In this document: positions 43,544-53,376 of the stretch, piece after piece
Layout: the number at the start of each line of letters is the position of its first letter
Position numbering within the stretch: the stretch's first letter is position 1
Source: a virus
DNA length: 64,000 nt
IMG/VR virus record: IMGVR_UViG_3300022562_001652
Span: 1-64,000 of that record
Direction: 5' to 3' (one strand)
Notes under the pieces: generated by a model
Seen by the model: only the letters and a program-made list of their open reading frames with translations
Told to the model about the DNA's origin: nothing
Database searches by the model: none
Program-made: the position numbers and the translations under genes

Positions 43544-46500
43544 TTACACGACACTTATCACCGACACGACCGCGTAGAGCTCTCCTTCTATCGTGACCGT
43601 CGCGTAGAGCTCCCCTCCTATCGTGACCGCCGCCTGCAGATCTGGGGTATTGACCGCAGCAGCTCCTCCTAAGACACCGATCGAGAAGGCGTCATCGAAC
43701 TCGACGACAGATCCGACGCCCAGCCTCTTAGCGTGGGCCATCGAAGAAGACTGATCAACCTCGACGGCCTGCCCGAGAAGACGCAGTTGAATCCTGACAA
43801 TAGATCGCGCGTCGTCAGTCTCAAGCGCCTGGACAATTGCACGGACTTTATAGTGTCCAGTAGACGTCGCACTATCCTGCTCGAGAGCTTGGCCAACCAT
43901 CCTCGTCTTGACGATCGTCATAGCTCGGGACGACTCTGTCTCGAAGGCCTGCAACAACACTTTGACCTTGACAGAAGATACAAGACGAGCGTCGTCGAGC
44001 TCCAAAGCTTGCTGCACCGATTTCAACTTGGAATGATCTATAGAGAACGCGGCTTCTTGTTCAGACGCCTGCGCTACCAAGATCACGTGACTTGCAGAAA
44101 ACGTCTGCGCGTCGTCTTGCTCCAGGACCTGGCTAATCTGCTTGGTCTTGACTGAGCTGATCGCCTGGGCATCGTCTTGTTCGAGAGCCTGAGCTAGGGT
44201 GTAACCTAAGGAGGTGGTTACCGTCTGAGAATCATCCTGCTCGAGAGCCTCGGATACGACGAGCACCTTTCCAGGCCCAACGGGCTGCACGACATCCTCT
44301 TCCAAAGCTTGGGCGACGGCGAAGGTCCCTGAAAAACGCGTAATGTTCTGCGACCCGTCTTGCTCGAGAGCCTGCGAAAGCAGGTACTCCCTAGACGGCG
44401 CCGTCGCATGTGCTTCGTCCTGCTCCAAGGCTTGGTTAACCTGCTTGGCTTTGGCCGAGCTGATCGCCTGGGAATCGTCTTGCTCAAGAGCCTGAGCAAC
44501 GGTGCGCTCCTTGACGACAGTCAAGGCCTGGGAGTCATCCTGCTCGAGAGCCTGAGCAACTTGCTTGGTCTTGACGACAGTGACCGCCTGAGAATCATCC
44601 TGCTCGAGAGCCTGAGCAACAGTTTCCGCCTTAGCTGAGCTGATCGCCTGGGAATCGTCTTGCTCAAGAGCCTGGTTAACGAGACGAGCCATGGGGTTCC
44701 ATGCGATCGCCTGAGAATCATCCTGCTCGAGAGCCTGGTCGACAACTTTTGCAGTAGAAACAGACATCGCCTGGGCATCGTCCTGCTCGAGGGTCTGTCC
44801 TACTGACTTTGTCTTAACAGCGGTGACAGCTTGGGCGTCGTCTTGTTCGAGAGCTTGGTTGATCTGCTTGGTCTCGAGAGAGTTGATCGCCTGAGCGTCG
44901 TCCTGTTCAAGAGCCTGGCCAAGAGAAGCGCTCTTGACCGAGCTGATCGCCTGGGAATCGTCTTGCTCAAGAGCCTGAGACACTGCCCTCGTTTTGACAG
45001 CAGTGATGGCCTGAGAGTCGTCTTGCTCAAGAGCCTGGGCAATGGTGTTCGATGCTGGAGACGTGACCGCCTGAGCGTCGTCTTGTTCGAGAGCCTGGAC
45101 TATTGCCCTCGTCTTGACCGAGTTGATCGCCTGGGCATCATCTTGTTCGAGAGCCTGGTTAACGAGACGAGCCATGGGGTTCCATGCGATCGCCTGAGAA
45201 TCATCCTGCTCGAGAGCCTGGGCAACAGTTTCCGCCTTAGCTGAGCTGATCGCCTGGGAATCGTCTTGCTCAAGAGCCTGAGCAACTGACACGCTCTTGA
45301 GCGGACTGATCGCCTGCGCGTCGTCTTGCTCCAGGACCTGGCTAATCTGCTTGGTCTTGACTGAGCTGATCGCCTGAGCATCGTCTTGTTCGAGAGCCTG
45401 GCCCGTAAAGATGTTAACCGGATTCCGAACGATGGCCTGCGCGTCGTCCTGCTCGAGGGCTTGGGTTACCGCCTTGTTCTTGAGGGCTGCTATCGAAAAA
45501 GCATCATCCTGCTCGAGAGCCTGGTTCAACAACCTAATCTTCGGGTTCCAGACAATCGAAAAAGCGTCGTCCTGCTCAGAAACTTGACCAATGACCAGTG
45601 CTTTCAAAGGCACAATCGAGAAAGCGTCGTCTTCTTCAGATGGTTGTCCTATAGCCAGCAGCTTCAGAACCACGATCGAAAGAGCGTCGTCCTGCTCAAA
45701 AGCCTGCCCAACGACCTCTGTGATAGTCGTAGACGGAGCCCGGAGCTCGATAGCGCAAACCCCAAGCCATGTAGTGCCCCCCGAATTGATCGTGAGAGCA
45801 CTGTCGGGTGAATCAAACCACGCCACGGCACAGGTTCCGATGTTGGCGTCCTCCGTGTGATATACCCTCTCGTACTCTGTCTCGTCGGTCGTCAGGGCCG
45901 TGACATCCCAGTCACCGAAGAAAGCAAGGGTCTTGCTGGTAGAAGCAGGTGTTGCGTCGAAAGTGTCCGTGATCGAGCTCGTCTTGCTACTCGGATACGT
46001 CGTAGCGTCCTTGAACTGGACAACCGGATCCGTCGGATCGACCTCGGAGTCGTTGAACTTGAGCACCTGCCAGCGTGTAGAACCCTGTGTCGTGGACCCA
46101 AAATCAATCGTCTGCGCCCCCGAAAACGATCCATGCCTACGAAACACGGTCATGCCAACGGAGACACCGGAGCCGATCTTCACATGAGAAACCTGTGTCC
46201 ACCCAGAGATCGATGGCACCGTCGTGTCTGTCCCACCGCCTCCACTATCCCACGACCACACGCCGAGAAAGGCGACTTCGTCGGAAGCAATGCTGATGGA
46301 GGCGGTGTCGAAACTCGTTCCAGAGCTACCTGTACCCTCTGTAACTTTCCGCTGTGATACGAACGTGATCTCGGCAGCGATAACGATACATGGAGCGGGG
46401 ACGTTTACGCCTCCCATGAAAGAAGTATCGGAACCTAGTCTCCAAAACGAATGTATGGAATTATACGGAAAGGACTCGTTGCTGAGATCTTCAACGTTCA

Positions 46501-47710
46501 AGTGACCGATGCGACTGTATCGGACTTCAGGATCGATAATGGAATTCAGCATGTGGACAACGCCAATGGCGTTGTTGTGAATGTGTCCAAAGGCACTGAG
46601 CGTAACCGACGCACTGTAGGGAGCCGTTGTGTCGAGCGCAGTTGCCGTTTGGACAACACTTCCTCCGTGGATGTATTCCTCTACGATCCATCCACAGTTG
46701 TCCACAGCGTTACTAAAAGAGATAGTGATCGCCCCAGGGGTTGGTGCAGACGCGCCGCTGCTCGCCGACACCATCCACGCACGCACGTGATCGTCAGGAC
46801 CGCTGGTTACAGCAACGATCTCAGACGATGTACTGTCCGTATTCCAGGTTAGGCTCATTCCTGAAACAGAACTCAACGAGATCGCGGAAGTAGTATTGTC
46901 GAGAGCGAAGATCCAGACGACGACGCGAGTGTTGGCCGCAGGTCCTACGCTCGCTGTGTTAAAGGAGGACGAGTCGAGACCAAACCCTTGAGTGAGGCGA
47001 CGCGGATACGTGAAAGGCATCGACACGAGACGCAGCGCCGCATACACGTTGGCATGGTCCGCTGTACTCGTCGTAGGGTTGCTGGTGTCACCGGTCCCAG
47101 TGAGTATTCTGAACTCACCGCAGGAATTCACATTGGTGTCGTCTGCTCCTCCGGACGTGGCTTCCGATGTGAGCGCCGTGTAGTTCGTCGTCGCCGTGTA
47201 GCTCGTAGAAGCACTCTCTCGACCAACCCCTCTCACGAATAGGTATTCGCGGCTTGTGAGAGAAGAAAGGCTTTGTGACGGAGCATCGGCTGATGTCGCC
47301 GTTGTCACAACGACATCAGCTACGTAGGCAAACTTTCCGTTGGTATCGAAGACCCACCCTGTCAGTGCCTTCGCAGTAACCGCCTTGTAAAGTGTGATCG
47401 TGAACGTACCGGAAGTAGAAAGGGTAGCCGCAGCGACGGTGAACCAGACAGATGTCGTACACCCGGAACCAGAGGACCCTGAACCAACGGAAGACTCCCC
47501 GGCCTTGTACCAGGCGTTGCCTGCAGAATCGACAACCGCCATGTGGAAGTTGTCTTCGTCTACGAAGGAAACGAGGTTGTCGGTAGTGAGTACAAGAACA
47601 CCGAGCTGACCAGCGTTAAGAGCTCGGGTGAGTGTCCCACTCGTCGTCCAGGTGGCAGACGAAGTCTTGTCGTTCTCCGTATGGAGCTCGCCGACAGAAG
47701 AAAGTGCCAC
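43544..47710 (-). CDS. Large fibre/whisker-like virion protein: N-terminal Ser/Thr-rich beta domains plus repeat shaft
   Basis: 1388 aa; about 34 copies of xxQALEQDD(A/S)QAIxxxKxxx. Confidence 0.75.
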   Translation of the reverse strand: MALSSVGELHTENDKTSSATWTTSGTLTRALNAGQLGVLVLTTDNLVSFVDEDNFHMAVVDSAGNAWYKAGESSVGSGSSGSGCTTSVWFTVAAATLSTSGTFTITLYKAVTAKALTGWVFDTNGKFAYVADVVVTTATSADAPSQSLSSLTSREYLFVRGVGRESASTSYTATTNYTALTSEATSGGADDTNVNSCGEFRILTGTGDTSNPTTSTADHANVYAALRLVSMPFTYPRRLTQGFGLDSSSFNTASVGPAANTRVVVWIFALDNTTSAISLSSVSGMSLTWNTDSTSSEIVAVTSGPDDHVRAWMVSASSGASAPTPGAITISFSNAVDNCGWIVEEYIHGGSVVQTATALDTTAPYSASVTLSAFGHIHNNAIGVVHMLNSIIDPEVRYSRIGHLNVEDLSNESFPYNSIHSFWRLGSDTSFMGGVNVPAPCIVIAAEITFVSQRKVTEGTGSSGTSFDTASISIASDEVAFLGVWSWDSGGGGTDTTVPSISGWTQVSHVKIGSGVSVGMTVFRRHGSFSGAQTIDFGSTTQGSTRWQVLKFNDSEVDPTDPVVQFKDATTYPSSKTSSITDTFDATPASTSKTLAFFGDWDVTALTTDETEYERVYHTEDANIGTCAVAWFDSPDSALTINSGGTTWLGVCAIELRAPSTTITEVVGQAFEQDDALSIVVLKLLAIGQPSEEDDAFSIVPLKALVIGQVSEQDDAFSIVWNPKIRLLNQALEQDDAFSIAALKNKAVTQALEQDDAQAIVRNPVNIFTGQALEQDDAQAISSVKTKQISQVLEQDDAQAISPLKSVSVAQALEQDDSQAISSAKAETVAQALEQDDSQAIAWNPMARLVNQALEQDDAQAINSVKTRAIVQALEQDDAQAVTSPASNTIAQALEQDDSQAITAVKTRAVSQALEQDDSQAISSVKSASLGQALEQDDAQAINSLETKQINQALEQDDAQAVTAVKTKSVGQTLEQDDAQAMSVSTAKVVDQALEQDDSQAIAWNPMARLVNQALEQDDSQAISSAKAETVAQALEQDDSQAVTVVKTKQVAQALEQDDSQALTVVKERTVAQALEQDDSQAISSAKAKQVNQALEQDEAHATAPSREYLLSQALEQDGSQNITRFSGTFAVAQALEEDVVQPVGPGKVLVVSEALEQDDSQTVTTSLGYTLAQALEQDDAQAISSVKTKQISQVLEQDDAQTFSASHVILVAQASEQEAAFSIDHSKLKSVQQALELDDARLVSSVKVKVLLQAFETESSRAMTIVKTRMVGQALEQDSATSTGHYKVRAIVQALETDDARSIVRIQLRLLGQAVEVDQSSSMAHAKRLGVGSVVEFDDAFSIGVLGGAAAVNTPDLQAAVTIGGELYATVTIEGELYAVVSVISVV
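43672..45714 (-). repeat. Tandem 60/63-bp coding repeat array (~34 units)
   Basis: Recurring CAGGCTCT(C/T)GA(G/A)CA(G/A)GA(C/T)GA core on the - strand. Confidence 0.92.
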
Positions 47711-47754
47711 GCATCACCCTCACGACCCCACCTCTTAAAGATGGGGCCAGCCTC

Positions 47755-48231
47755 TTACACCGGAGAAGCTCTGAAGAACCCGGTGCTGGCGATCTGCGCC
47801 GTGATGTCCGAGCCGTCGGGAGTAACCACGAAGTCGTGCAGCGTCATAGGAATCATGTCCGTGGTCGTCTGGGAACCGACAGGGTCGTAACAGATCACGA
47901 TGTCGTTCCACCCATCTCCGGCAGCCACGGCCGTCCACGTTTGATCAGGGATGTCCAGATCCACCCGATCGTTCGTGTCGTCAGGCGCGTAGGCCACGAG
48001 AACGGTGTCGTCCAGAACCTTCACGGCATAGTTCGTGTTCGTGACTTCGTTGGTGGTACCGGACACGACGTCGGAGAACGTATCCTTGTCCCGCAGAACG
48101 GCGTCCGTCTCGATGCCGGAAGTAGCGAGAACAGAGACTGTGAGCTCGGAAGCCGCCGGGTCGTTGGTCTTGACCCTGTTGTAAAACTCGGCCGCGCGGC
48201 CGAGTGCGATGTTGAAGACCAGGTCCGCCAT
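47755..48231 (-). CDS. Virion structural protein (fibre-associated)
   Basis: NEVTNTNYA...DDTNDRVDLD...TWT...VTPDGSDIT pattern, of the kind found just upstream of phage fibre genes. Confidence 0.65.
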   Translation of the reverse strand: MADLVFNIALGRAAEFYNRVKTNDPAASELTVSVLATSGIETDAVLRDKDTFSDVVSGTTNEVTNTNYAVKVLDDTVLVAYAPDDTNDRVDLDIPDQTWTAVAAGDGWNDIVICYDPVGSQTTTDMIPMTLHDFVVTPDGSDITAQIASTGFFRASPV

Positions 48232-48245
48232 GTTCGTTTCCCTTT

Positions 48246-48761
48246 CTACTCCAGCAGCTCGTCAGGAGCCGACTCGAGCTCGCACTCGTAGTAGTTGTCG
48301 CACAGATACCCCGCCGGATACTGAGGATCCGGTGACGGCTTGTTCCCGTGGGTCGACGCGACGTGTGCACGAGCAGCGCGGCCCTGGGGATCGTCGGGAA
48401 GCTTGGCGTCGCAGTGGCAGCACCACCGTCCGGGCTCGTAGAGGATCTTGTACACGACCTCCCCGTTGCTGCCATGAATGGTCAGCTTCTTGCGACCCAC
48501 GCTCATCCACCCTTGCGCGAGGCCAGCCTGCACGGTTTCCGTGGGAAAACCCTGCTTGGGGATGATCCGATGGACCTCGACGCCGATCGGAACCGGAGAA
48601 GGGATCTTGAGGTCAGCCTTCCGCGCCAAGGCCTCCGCCTCCTCTTTATCCATGCCCGCGCTGAGAAGAGCCTCGGCGATCTCCTTGATCCGAGCCTCTT
48701 TCACCGCCTTGTAGGTCACGATCTCGTCGGGGTCATACAGTCTCTTCAGCTCGATTCCCAT
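48246..48761 (-). CDS. Hypothetical protein with C2H2-like motif
   Basis: AAGGAG RBS; WCCHC...H...H. Confidence 0.65.
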   Translation of the reverse strand: MGIELKRLYDPDEIVTYKAVKEARIKEIAEALLSAGMDKEEAEALARKADLKIPSPVPIGVEVHRIIPKQGFPTETVQAGLAQGWMSVGRKKLTIHGSNGEVVYKILYEPGRWCCHCDAKLPDDPQGRAARAHVASTHGNKPSPDPQYPAGYLCDNYYECELESAPDELLE

Positions 48762-48786
48762 CGTCGTCTCCTTTCTTCGAATCTTC

Positions 48787-49254
48787 TCACGTCTGCTGTT
48801 CCCACGGAAGTCCGTGAGGAGCGACCATGGCAATCAGATCAGGCCGTCTGCGAATGTTCCTCACCTTCACGAAGGCGTTGCGCTTCGCCGCCGTCTTCAG
48901 ATCCTTCGTGTCCCTACCGCCTCCGCCGGCTTCGATCATGCGAAAACCGTCCAGGGCTACTCCAACATGGACAATTTCTCGGATTGATCTTCCGTAGAAG
49001 CAGAGAGTTGCGAGGTCTGCGACCGGCACGACCGCCCCATTCTCAGGTTTCACGAAGTGATCGAAGAGTCCCTGCGCTGTTTGGTCACCTTGTGGATCGA
49101 GACCAAGCCACTGGTAAAGGTCCTGCGTAATCCCAGAACAGTCAAACCCCAAGATGGGGTCGTCCCCTCCCCAGTAGTAAGGGATATTCAAGAACGTCAA
49201 GGCGTACGCTTCGAACCTCTCCCGCTCTCTTTCTGCCGTGTAAGTACGATTCAT
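48787..49254 (-). CDS. NlpC/P60 peptidoglycan hydrolase (endolysin candidate)
   Basis: PYYWGGD...GFDCSG...LCFY...HVG...MIEA. Confidence 0.92.
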   Translation of the reverse strand: MNRTYTAERERERFEAYALTFLNIPYYWGGDDPILGFDCSGITQDLYQWLGLDPQGDQTAQGLFDHFVKPENGAVVPVADLATLCFYGRSIREIVHVGVALDGFRMIEAGGGGRDTKDLKTAAKRNAFVKVRNIRRRPDLIAMVAPHGLPWEQQT

Positions 49255-49266
49255 CGTTGTTCTCTC

Positions 49267-49746
49267 CTACGGAGCTCCTGGATCTTTTCGAAGGGGCTCG
49301 AGCAGACGCCTGTTAATTTCCGAAAGCCTACGATTCACCTGGATATCGATCTCGATCACGCCGATCCGCTGCATCAGTACCTGGAACTCGTCGCGAGTCG
49401 GGTACCGAGAAACGTATAAGACGATCGTCACGACGGCCCCGATGATCGTCACGATCAAGGGAACAATACGCCAAGCGAACGAGACAGCAGTCATCGGTCT
49501 AAGATCCGAAAGTTTTCTTTCGATCTCCGATCGCATCTCATGGACTTCTTTGCGTAGATCTGCTGTCTTCTCAACGAGAGCTGAGAACTGAGGCTTGAGA
49601 CCTGCGTCTTCGTTCTCCAGCTTCCTAATTCGTTCATCAAAAACAGCATGCGCCGCCTTGTTCTCTGTATGATGGCGCTCGACCGTCGCGTACGCCGCCA
49701 TAAGAGGTACTCCTTGGACAGGAGTAACGTTGCCTTCATCGCTCAT
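49267..49746 (-). CDS. Holin-like membrane protein
   Basis: Coiled coil plus one transmembrane helix (IVPLIVTIIGAVVTIVLYV); directly upstream of the hydrolase. Confidence 0.45.
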   Translation of the reverse strand: MSDEGNVTPVQGVPLMAAYATVERHHTENKAAHAVFDERIRKLENEDAGLKPQFSALVEKTADLRKEVHEMRSEIERKLSDLRPMTAVSFAWRIVPLIVTIIGAVVTIVLYVSRYPTRDEFQVLMQRIGVIEIDIQVNRRLSEINRRLLEPLRKDPGAP

Positions 49747-50060
49747 CCTGCTACCAAAGCCTCGACTTCGTAGTCCGTGGTGGAGGCGGCAGCTACCAAC
49801 GAAAGGCGTTCGATCGGACCGAAGAACTCTCTCGAGCCGCTCGCAGCCACGACGACGAAGTCGTCACCCCCTCCTTCAGCGGCCACGCTCTTCGCCCGAG
49901 GAAGGTAGACGTTGAGCGCATTCGTGGATCCTAGGTTCCTCACCACAACCTTGCGGGCGAAAGCGGATCTTCCCGTCAAAGGACTTACCATCCGAATATG
50001 GGTCACAGCCGACGACGCCGTTCCCTTGAAGATCGTCTCGTTTCCGTAGAACCCGTACAT
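49743..50060 (-). CDS. Small beta-rich virion protein
   Basis: GGAGG RBS; VVVRNLGSTNAL jelly-roll-like pattern. Confidence 0.55.
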   Translation of the reverse strand: MYGFYGNETIFKGTASSAVTHIRMVSPLTGRSAFARKVVVRNLGSTNALNVYLPRAKSVAAEGGGDDFVVVAASGSREFFGPIERLSLVAAASTTDYEVEALVAG

Positions 50061-50075
50061 CAGAAACCTCCTCGA

Positions 50076-53000
50076 CTAGTTGTTGTCTACCCGAAGACTC
50101 GTAGACCAGTTAGTAGCTGCGGGTACCGACGGATACGTAACTCCGTATGAGCCATCGTTCGTGAACTCCGTGTACATGACAGGATCCGTGGCAGCCCCTG
50201 GTACAGAAGCCACGATGCGATCGAAGATCAAGCTCCTCACGGTGATCTCGGAACTGAAGAACCACCCTTTGGTGGAGGCGAATTCCCCGCCTGTAACTGT
50301 GATCACCTCATCAGACACACTGACAACCTCAACGGTAGCACTCCCCGAGGCTGCGACGCGTAGTACGAACCAATCCACGTTGAGGGTCCCTGCGGGAGAG
50401 TCGATGAACCAGTCGTTACCATGCACGTGAAGGTTGTCGTTTACAGACGCAGTGCCCTCTGCCCAGATGTTCCAGCCATAGGCAGCAACGGACGTGGATG
50501 TCACGCTAGACGCAGTTCGATGCGTGTTGTTCGCGATCTTCAGCGAACCAATCTGGAGACCGGTCGTCGAAGACCCAACCTGAAGAAAAGAGCAGCGCGA
50601 ATTTGAGTCACCGAAACGGTTTCCTGTGATCGCACACCGCTCCAACACGGATCCGGCATCTACCGTCCCACGGAGCTTCACTCCTGCGTCGATGCACGTG
50701 ACTTGTTGGAAGTTAGCTCCTGACGAACTTGCACCGAGGAGCTCTCCTACGTTGTTCGCGATCGTCCACCTGTGAACATGTGCGTCGAGCTGGATCAGAC
50801 GATTCGGTCCTCCGTCATCCGGATCTGCCGTAGAGCCTGTGTAGACGACATTGTCGTTGGCTCGTCGAAAGGCGTTACCTTCGATCAAGGCGTCTATCTC
50901 GTAGGCCACCATGCGCAATCCGAGCCAGGTTGCCGCGCTCCCGTCGTTCGAGTAGCCCGAGTGAACGTTCCCTCTCCAGGTAGCTCTCGAAACGCCGTCC
51001 GTAGTGCTCATGGAGATGATAGGAGCTTGGAGACCTGGATAAATCGACAGAGACGCGAAGAACACGTTGCCTTCGACGATGAGGCCACCAAGCGTGAAAA
51101 CCACGCTATGTGCGACAATCGCGAACGTACCGTTCAAGAAAGTGCACCCTCGAACGACGAGTCCAGATACGTCGTAACCAGATGTCTGGAGGGCACCAAC
51201 CGTGAACCCTACCGAACTGAAGGCGCAGCTGTCCACGATGGTGTTGATCGCCGCTACGTCAAAATGGACTCCTCTGCAGCTCGACTGGTTCGATGCTGAA
51301 GCACCGACGAAGTGAGATGAAGAGATCACCAGGTTACCCGCAGTGTTACTCGCACCAGTCACCCGCACCCCGGAGAGGACGTGGTCGAATACGCAGCTAG
51401 AAACAACGACGGAACCGGCGTCGTACATCCTGACGCCTGTGTAGTTTGCCCTCCCTGCGTCGGTCAGACTCCCTCGAAAACGGCACCCTGTGACGGTCGT
51501 ACCTCGTCCGAAGTTACCATTCCTCAGGTAGATCATAGCCGTGTCGGCCGAAAGGTCCGACCCGTGCTCATACCCGAACACGAAGTAGCAACTGACGAAG
51601 CGGCCCCCGCTCCGAACCTCGAAGTCGTAATCGATCGTCACCGTCCGCTGCAGACTCCTGTTGTAGAAAGTGCAGCTATCGAACACCACCTCGCAGTTGA
51701 AGAGGGTGCCGGACGCGACGTGCACAGCACTCGTCGCCGTGTCATCGGCCGTATCGAGTGATCCCTCGAAGTAGCAGTTGAAGAAGCGAAGGTGTTCGAC
51801 GCTCGTAGCACCGGAAGTAAGGACGCTGGCTCCATCGTTGCTGACATTGCCAAACGAACTGTCGTGTGCCTCGAAGCGACCCCGTACCAGAAAGGCAGTC
51901 CCGTCGGCATCGACAGACAGATTTCGAAGAACCAGAAGGCCCCCGCTAGTGGGGGTTAGTATCTTGCGTCCTCCGAGCTGGATCATGCTGTAGGACGTCG
52001 GACCAAGAAGGCCTCGACGCCATCCCTCCAGCACGACGTCTTCCGTGCCATTCCCCTGATCGAAGGTCACATCGGCCGCGAAGTTGTCCAGCACCACACC
52101 AGGTTTGATAACGATGGTTCCGCCACCACGCGCAACCACGTCGTTATACGCCGCCTTGAGGAGAAGATCGTCGCTAGCGAAGTCAGACTGATCGAACGTC
52201 CCAAAGGAAACCACGCCGTCTCCGACGGTCACCAGATCCTTCGAAGCACGATCCACAGAATCGAGGCCCCTACGAACCTCGCTGTAGGCTCCGTAGTTAG
52301 TGGACTGTTGAGGAGGATCCACCCCACCAGGCAAGTCGTGCGCCAGCACAGACCAGACGATGGATCCATCGTTGGCGTCGGGCTGGACGGCGTTCTTGTT
52401 GTAGACGTCGACGGTGGTGCTGTTGATGTACCCCGTGATTCTGAAGACGCCGTTGTTCCCAGAGGACGCCGCGCCGGAAAGAGAGAGGCTCTGACCGACG
52501 AGTGCAGCGTTCATGCCAGAAAGTCCGGATATGCGGATGTGGCTCGTCGCCGCTCCGGTAGTGGTGCTAGCGGCAGAACCTGACAGACCACCTTGGTCTG
52601 TGAACTTGGCTCGCGCGAGCTCATAGAGCGTGCCTTGGGAGACGTCGTGGAGTGTTCTAGCAGATCCGCTCGAGGAAGAGCTGCTCGGACGAGCTGTCGG
52701 CGGTTTGACCGTTCCGATCCGGTTCTCAGTCGCTGAGCCGTCGTATGTCACGACGCCAGCAGAATTGGAAGCGATGCCCAGGAACAGCAAAGCCGTCGTC
52801 ACGCCGTTCACGGCATCGGAGGCCACCACCGTCCCTAAGGTTCCTGCCTTCACGTAGATCCCGATCGCCCCTTGGAACCTCGTGTAGGGAGTGATCGTGA
52901 ATTCCGTGAAGGGGGAAGTGGCAGGAATAGCTCTTCGCTTGGCTGCCTTGGTCGTGTCGTCGAGGTAGTAGAGGTAGACCTGGTAAGAGGCCCCACCAGC

Positions 53001-53315
53001 AGGAATCGCTACGGTGATGGCCGTCCCCTCAGGCTTGATCAGAGTCCGGCCGTCGGAATCAAGACCGACGAGCAACGTGGAATCCACACGAAGCAAACCA
53101 TCGGTTCCAGAGGTCGGGTTGACTGTGATCGACCCGCCTGCCAAGAGCATCCCCACAGGAGCAGCGGAAGAAGCCAAAGGCGTGGCCAAGACAGCCTTCG
53201 AGGAGGCGTCTGCGTAGGCTCGGGCCTGTTGCGACAGGTGGTCGGCGTCTACATGATCGAGACGTTCGTTCGCAACAAAGCGGACTCGCTCAGGGTTTTC
53301 GACTTCTCCCGCCAT
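50076..53315 (-). CDS. Tailspike-like protein with right-handed beta-helix (possible depolymerase)
   Basis: GGGTIVIKPG followed by many (V/I)xxCxF and IxGNxF repeats. Confidence 0.75.
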   Translation of the reverse strand: MAGEVENPERVRFVANERLDHVDADHLSQQARAYADASSKAVLATPLASSAAPVGMLLAGGSITVNPTSGTDGLLRVDSTLLVGLDSDGRTLIKPEGTAITVAIPAGGASYQVYLYYLDDTTKAAKRRAIPATSPFTEFTITPYTRFQGAIGIYVKAGTLGTVVASDAVNGVTTALLFLGIASNSAGVVTYDGSATENRIGTVKPPTARPSSSSSSGSARTLHDVSQGTLYELARAKFTDQGGLSGSAASTTTGAATSHIRISGLSGMNAALVGQSLSLSGAASSGNNGVFRITGYINSTTVDVYNKNAVQPDANDGSIVWSVLAHDLPGGVDPPQQSTNYGAYSEVRRGLDSVDRASKDLVTVGDGVVSFGTFDQSDFASDDLLLKAAYNDVVARGGGTIVIKPGVVLDNFAADVTFDQGNGTEDVVLEGWRRGLLGPTSYSMIQLGGRKILTPTSGGLLVLRNLSVDADGTAFLVRGRFEAHDSSFGNVSNDGASVLTSGATSVEHLRFFNCYFEGSLDTADDTATSAVHVASGTLFNCEVVFDSCTFYNRSLQRTVTIDYDFEVRSGGRFVSCYFVFGYEHGSDLSADTAMIYLRNGNFGRGTTVTGCRFRGSLTDAGRANYTGVRMYDAGSVVVSSCVFDHVLSGVRVTGASNTAGNLVISSSHFVGASASNQSSCRGVHFDVAAINTIVDSCAFSSVGFTVGALQTSGYDVSGLVVRGCTFLNGTFAIVAHSVVFTLGGLIVEGNVFFASLSIYPGLQAPIISMSTTDGVSRATWRGNVHSGYSNDGSAATWLGLRMVAYEIDALIEGNAFRRANDNVVYTGSTADPDDGGPNRLIQLDAHVHRWTIANNVGELLGASSSGANFQQVTCIDAGVKLRGTVDAGSVLERCAITGNRFGDSNSRCSFLQVGSSTTGLQIGSLKIANNTHRTASSVTSTSVAAYGWNIWAEGTASVNDNLHVHGNDWFIDSPAGTLNVDWFVLRVAASGSATVEVVSVSDEVITVTGGEFASTKGWFFSSEITVRSLIFDRIVASVPGAATDPVMYTEFTNDGSYGVTYPSVPAATNWSTSLRVDNN

Positions 53316-53337
53316 GTGGGGCCTCTCCTTTTCTGTA

Positions 53338-53346
53338 ATTCTACCA
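53338..53346 (-). promoter_or_regulatory. Possible extended -10 promoter element (TGGTAGAAT)
   Basis: TGn-TAGAAT in the intergenic gap just upstream of the AAGGAG RBS of the tailspike gene. Confidence 0.4.
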
Positions 53347-53376
53347 TCTTCTGGAGATGTCCCACTCTTCGCCTTC

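Noticed and set aside
43672-45714. CRISPR array
   Set aside because: Units are in-frame 60/63-bp coding repeats with synonymous variation inside a 1388-aa ORF; no cas genes are present.
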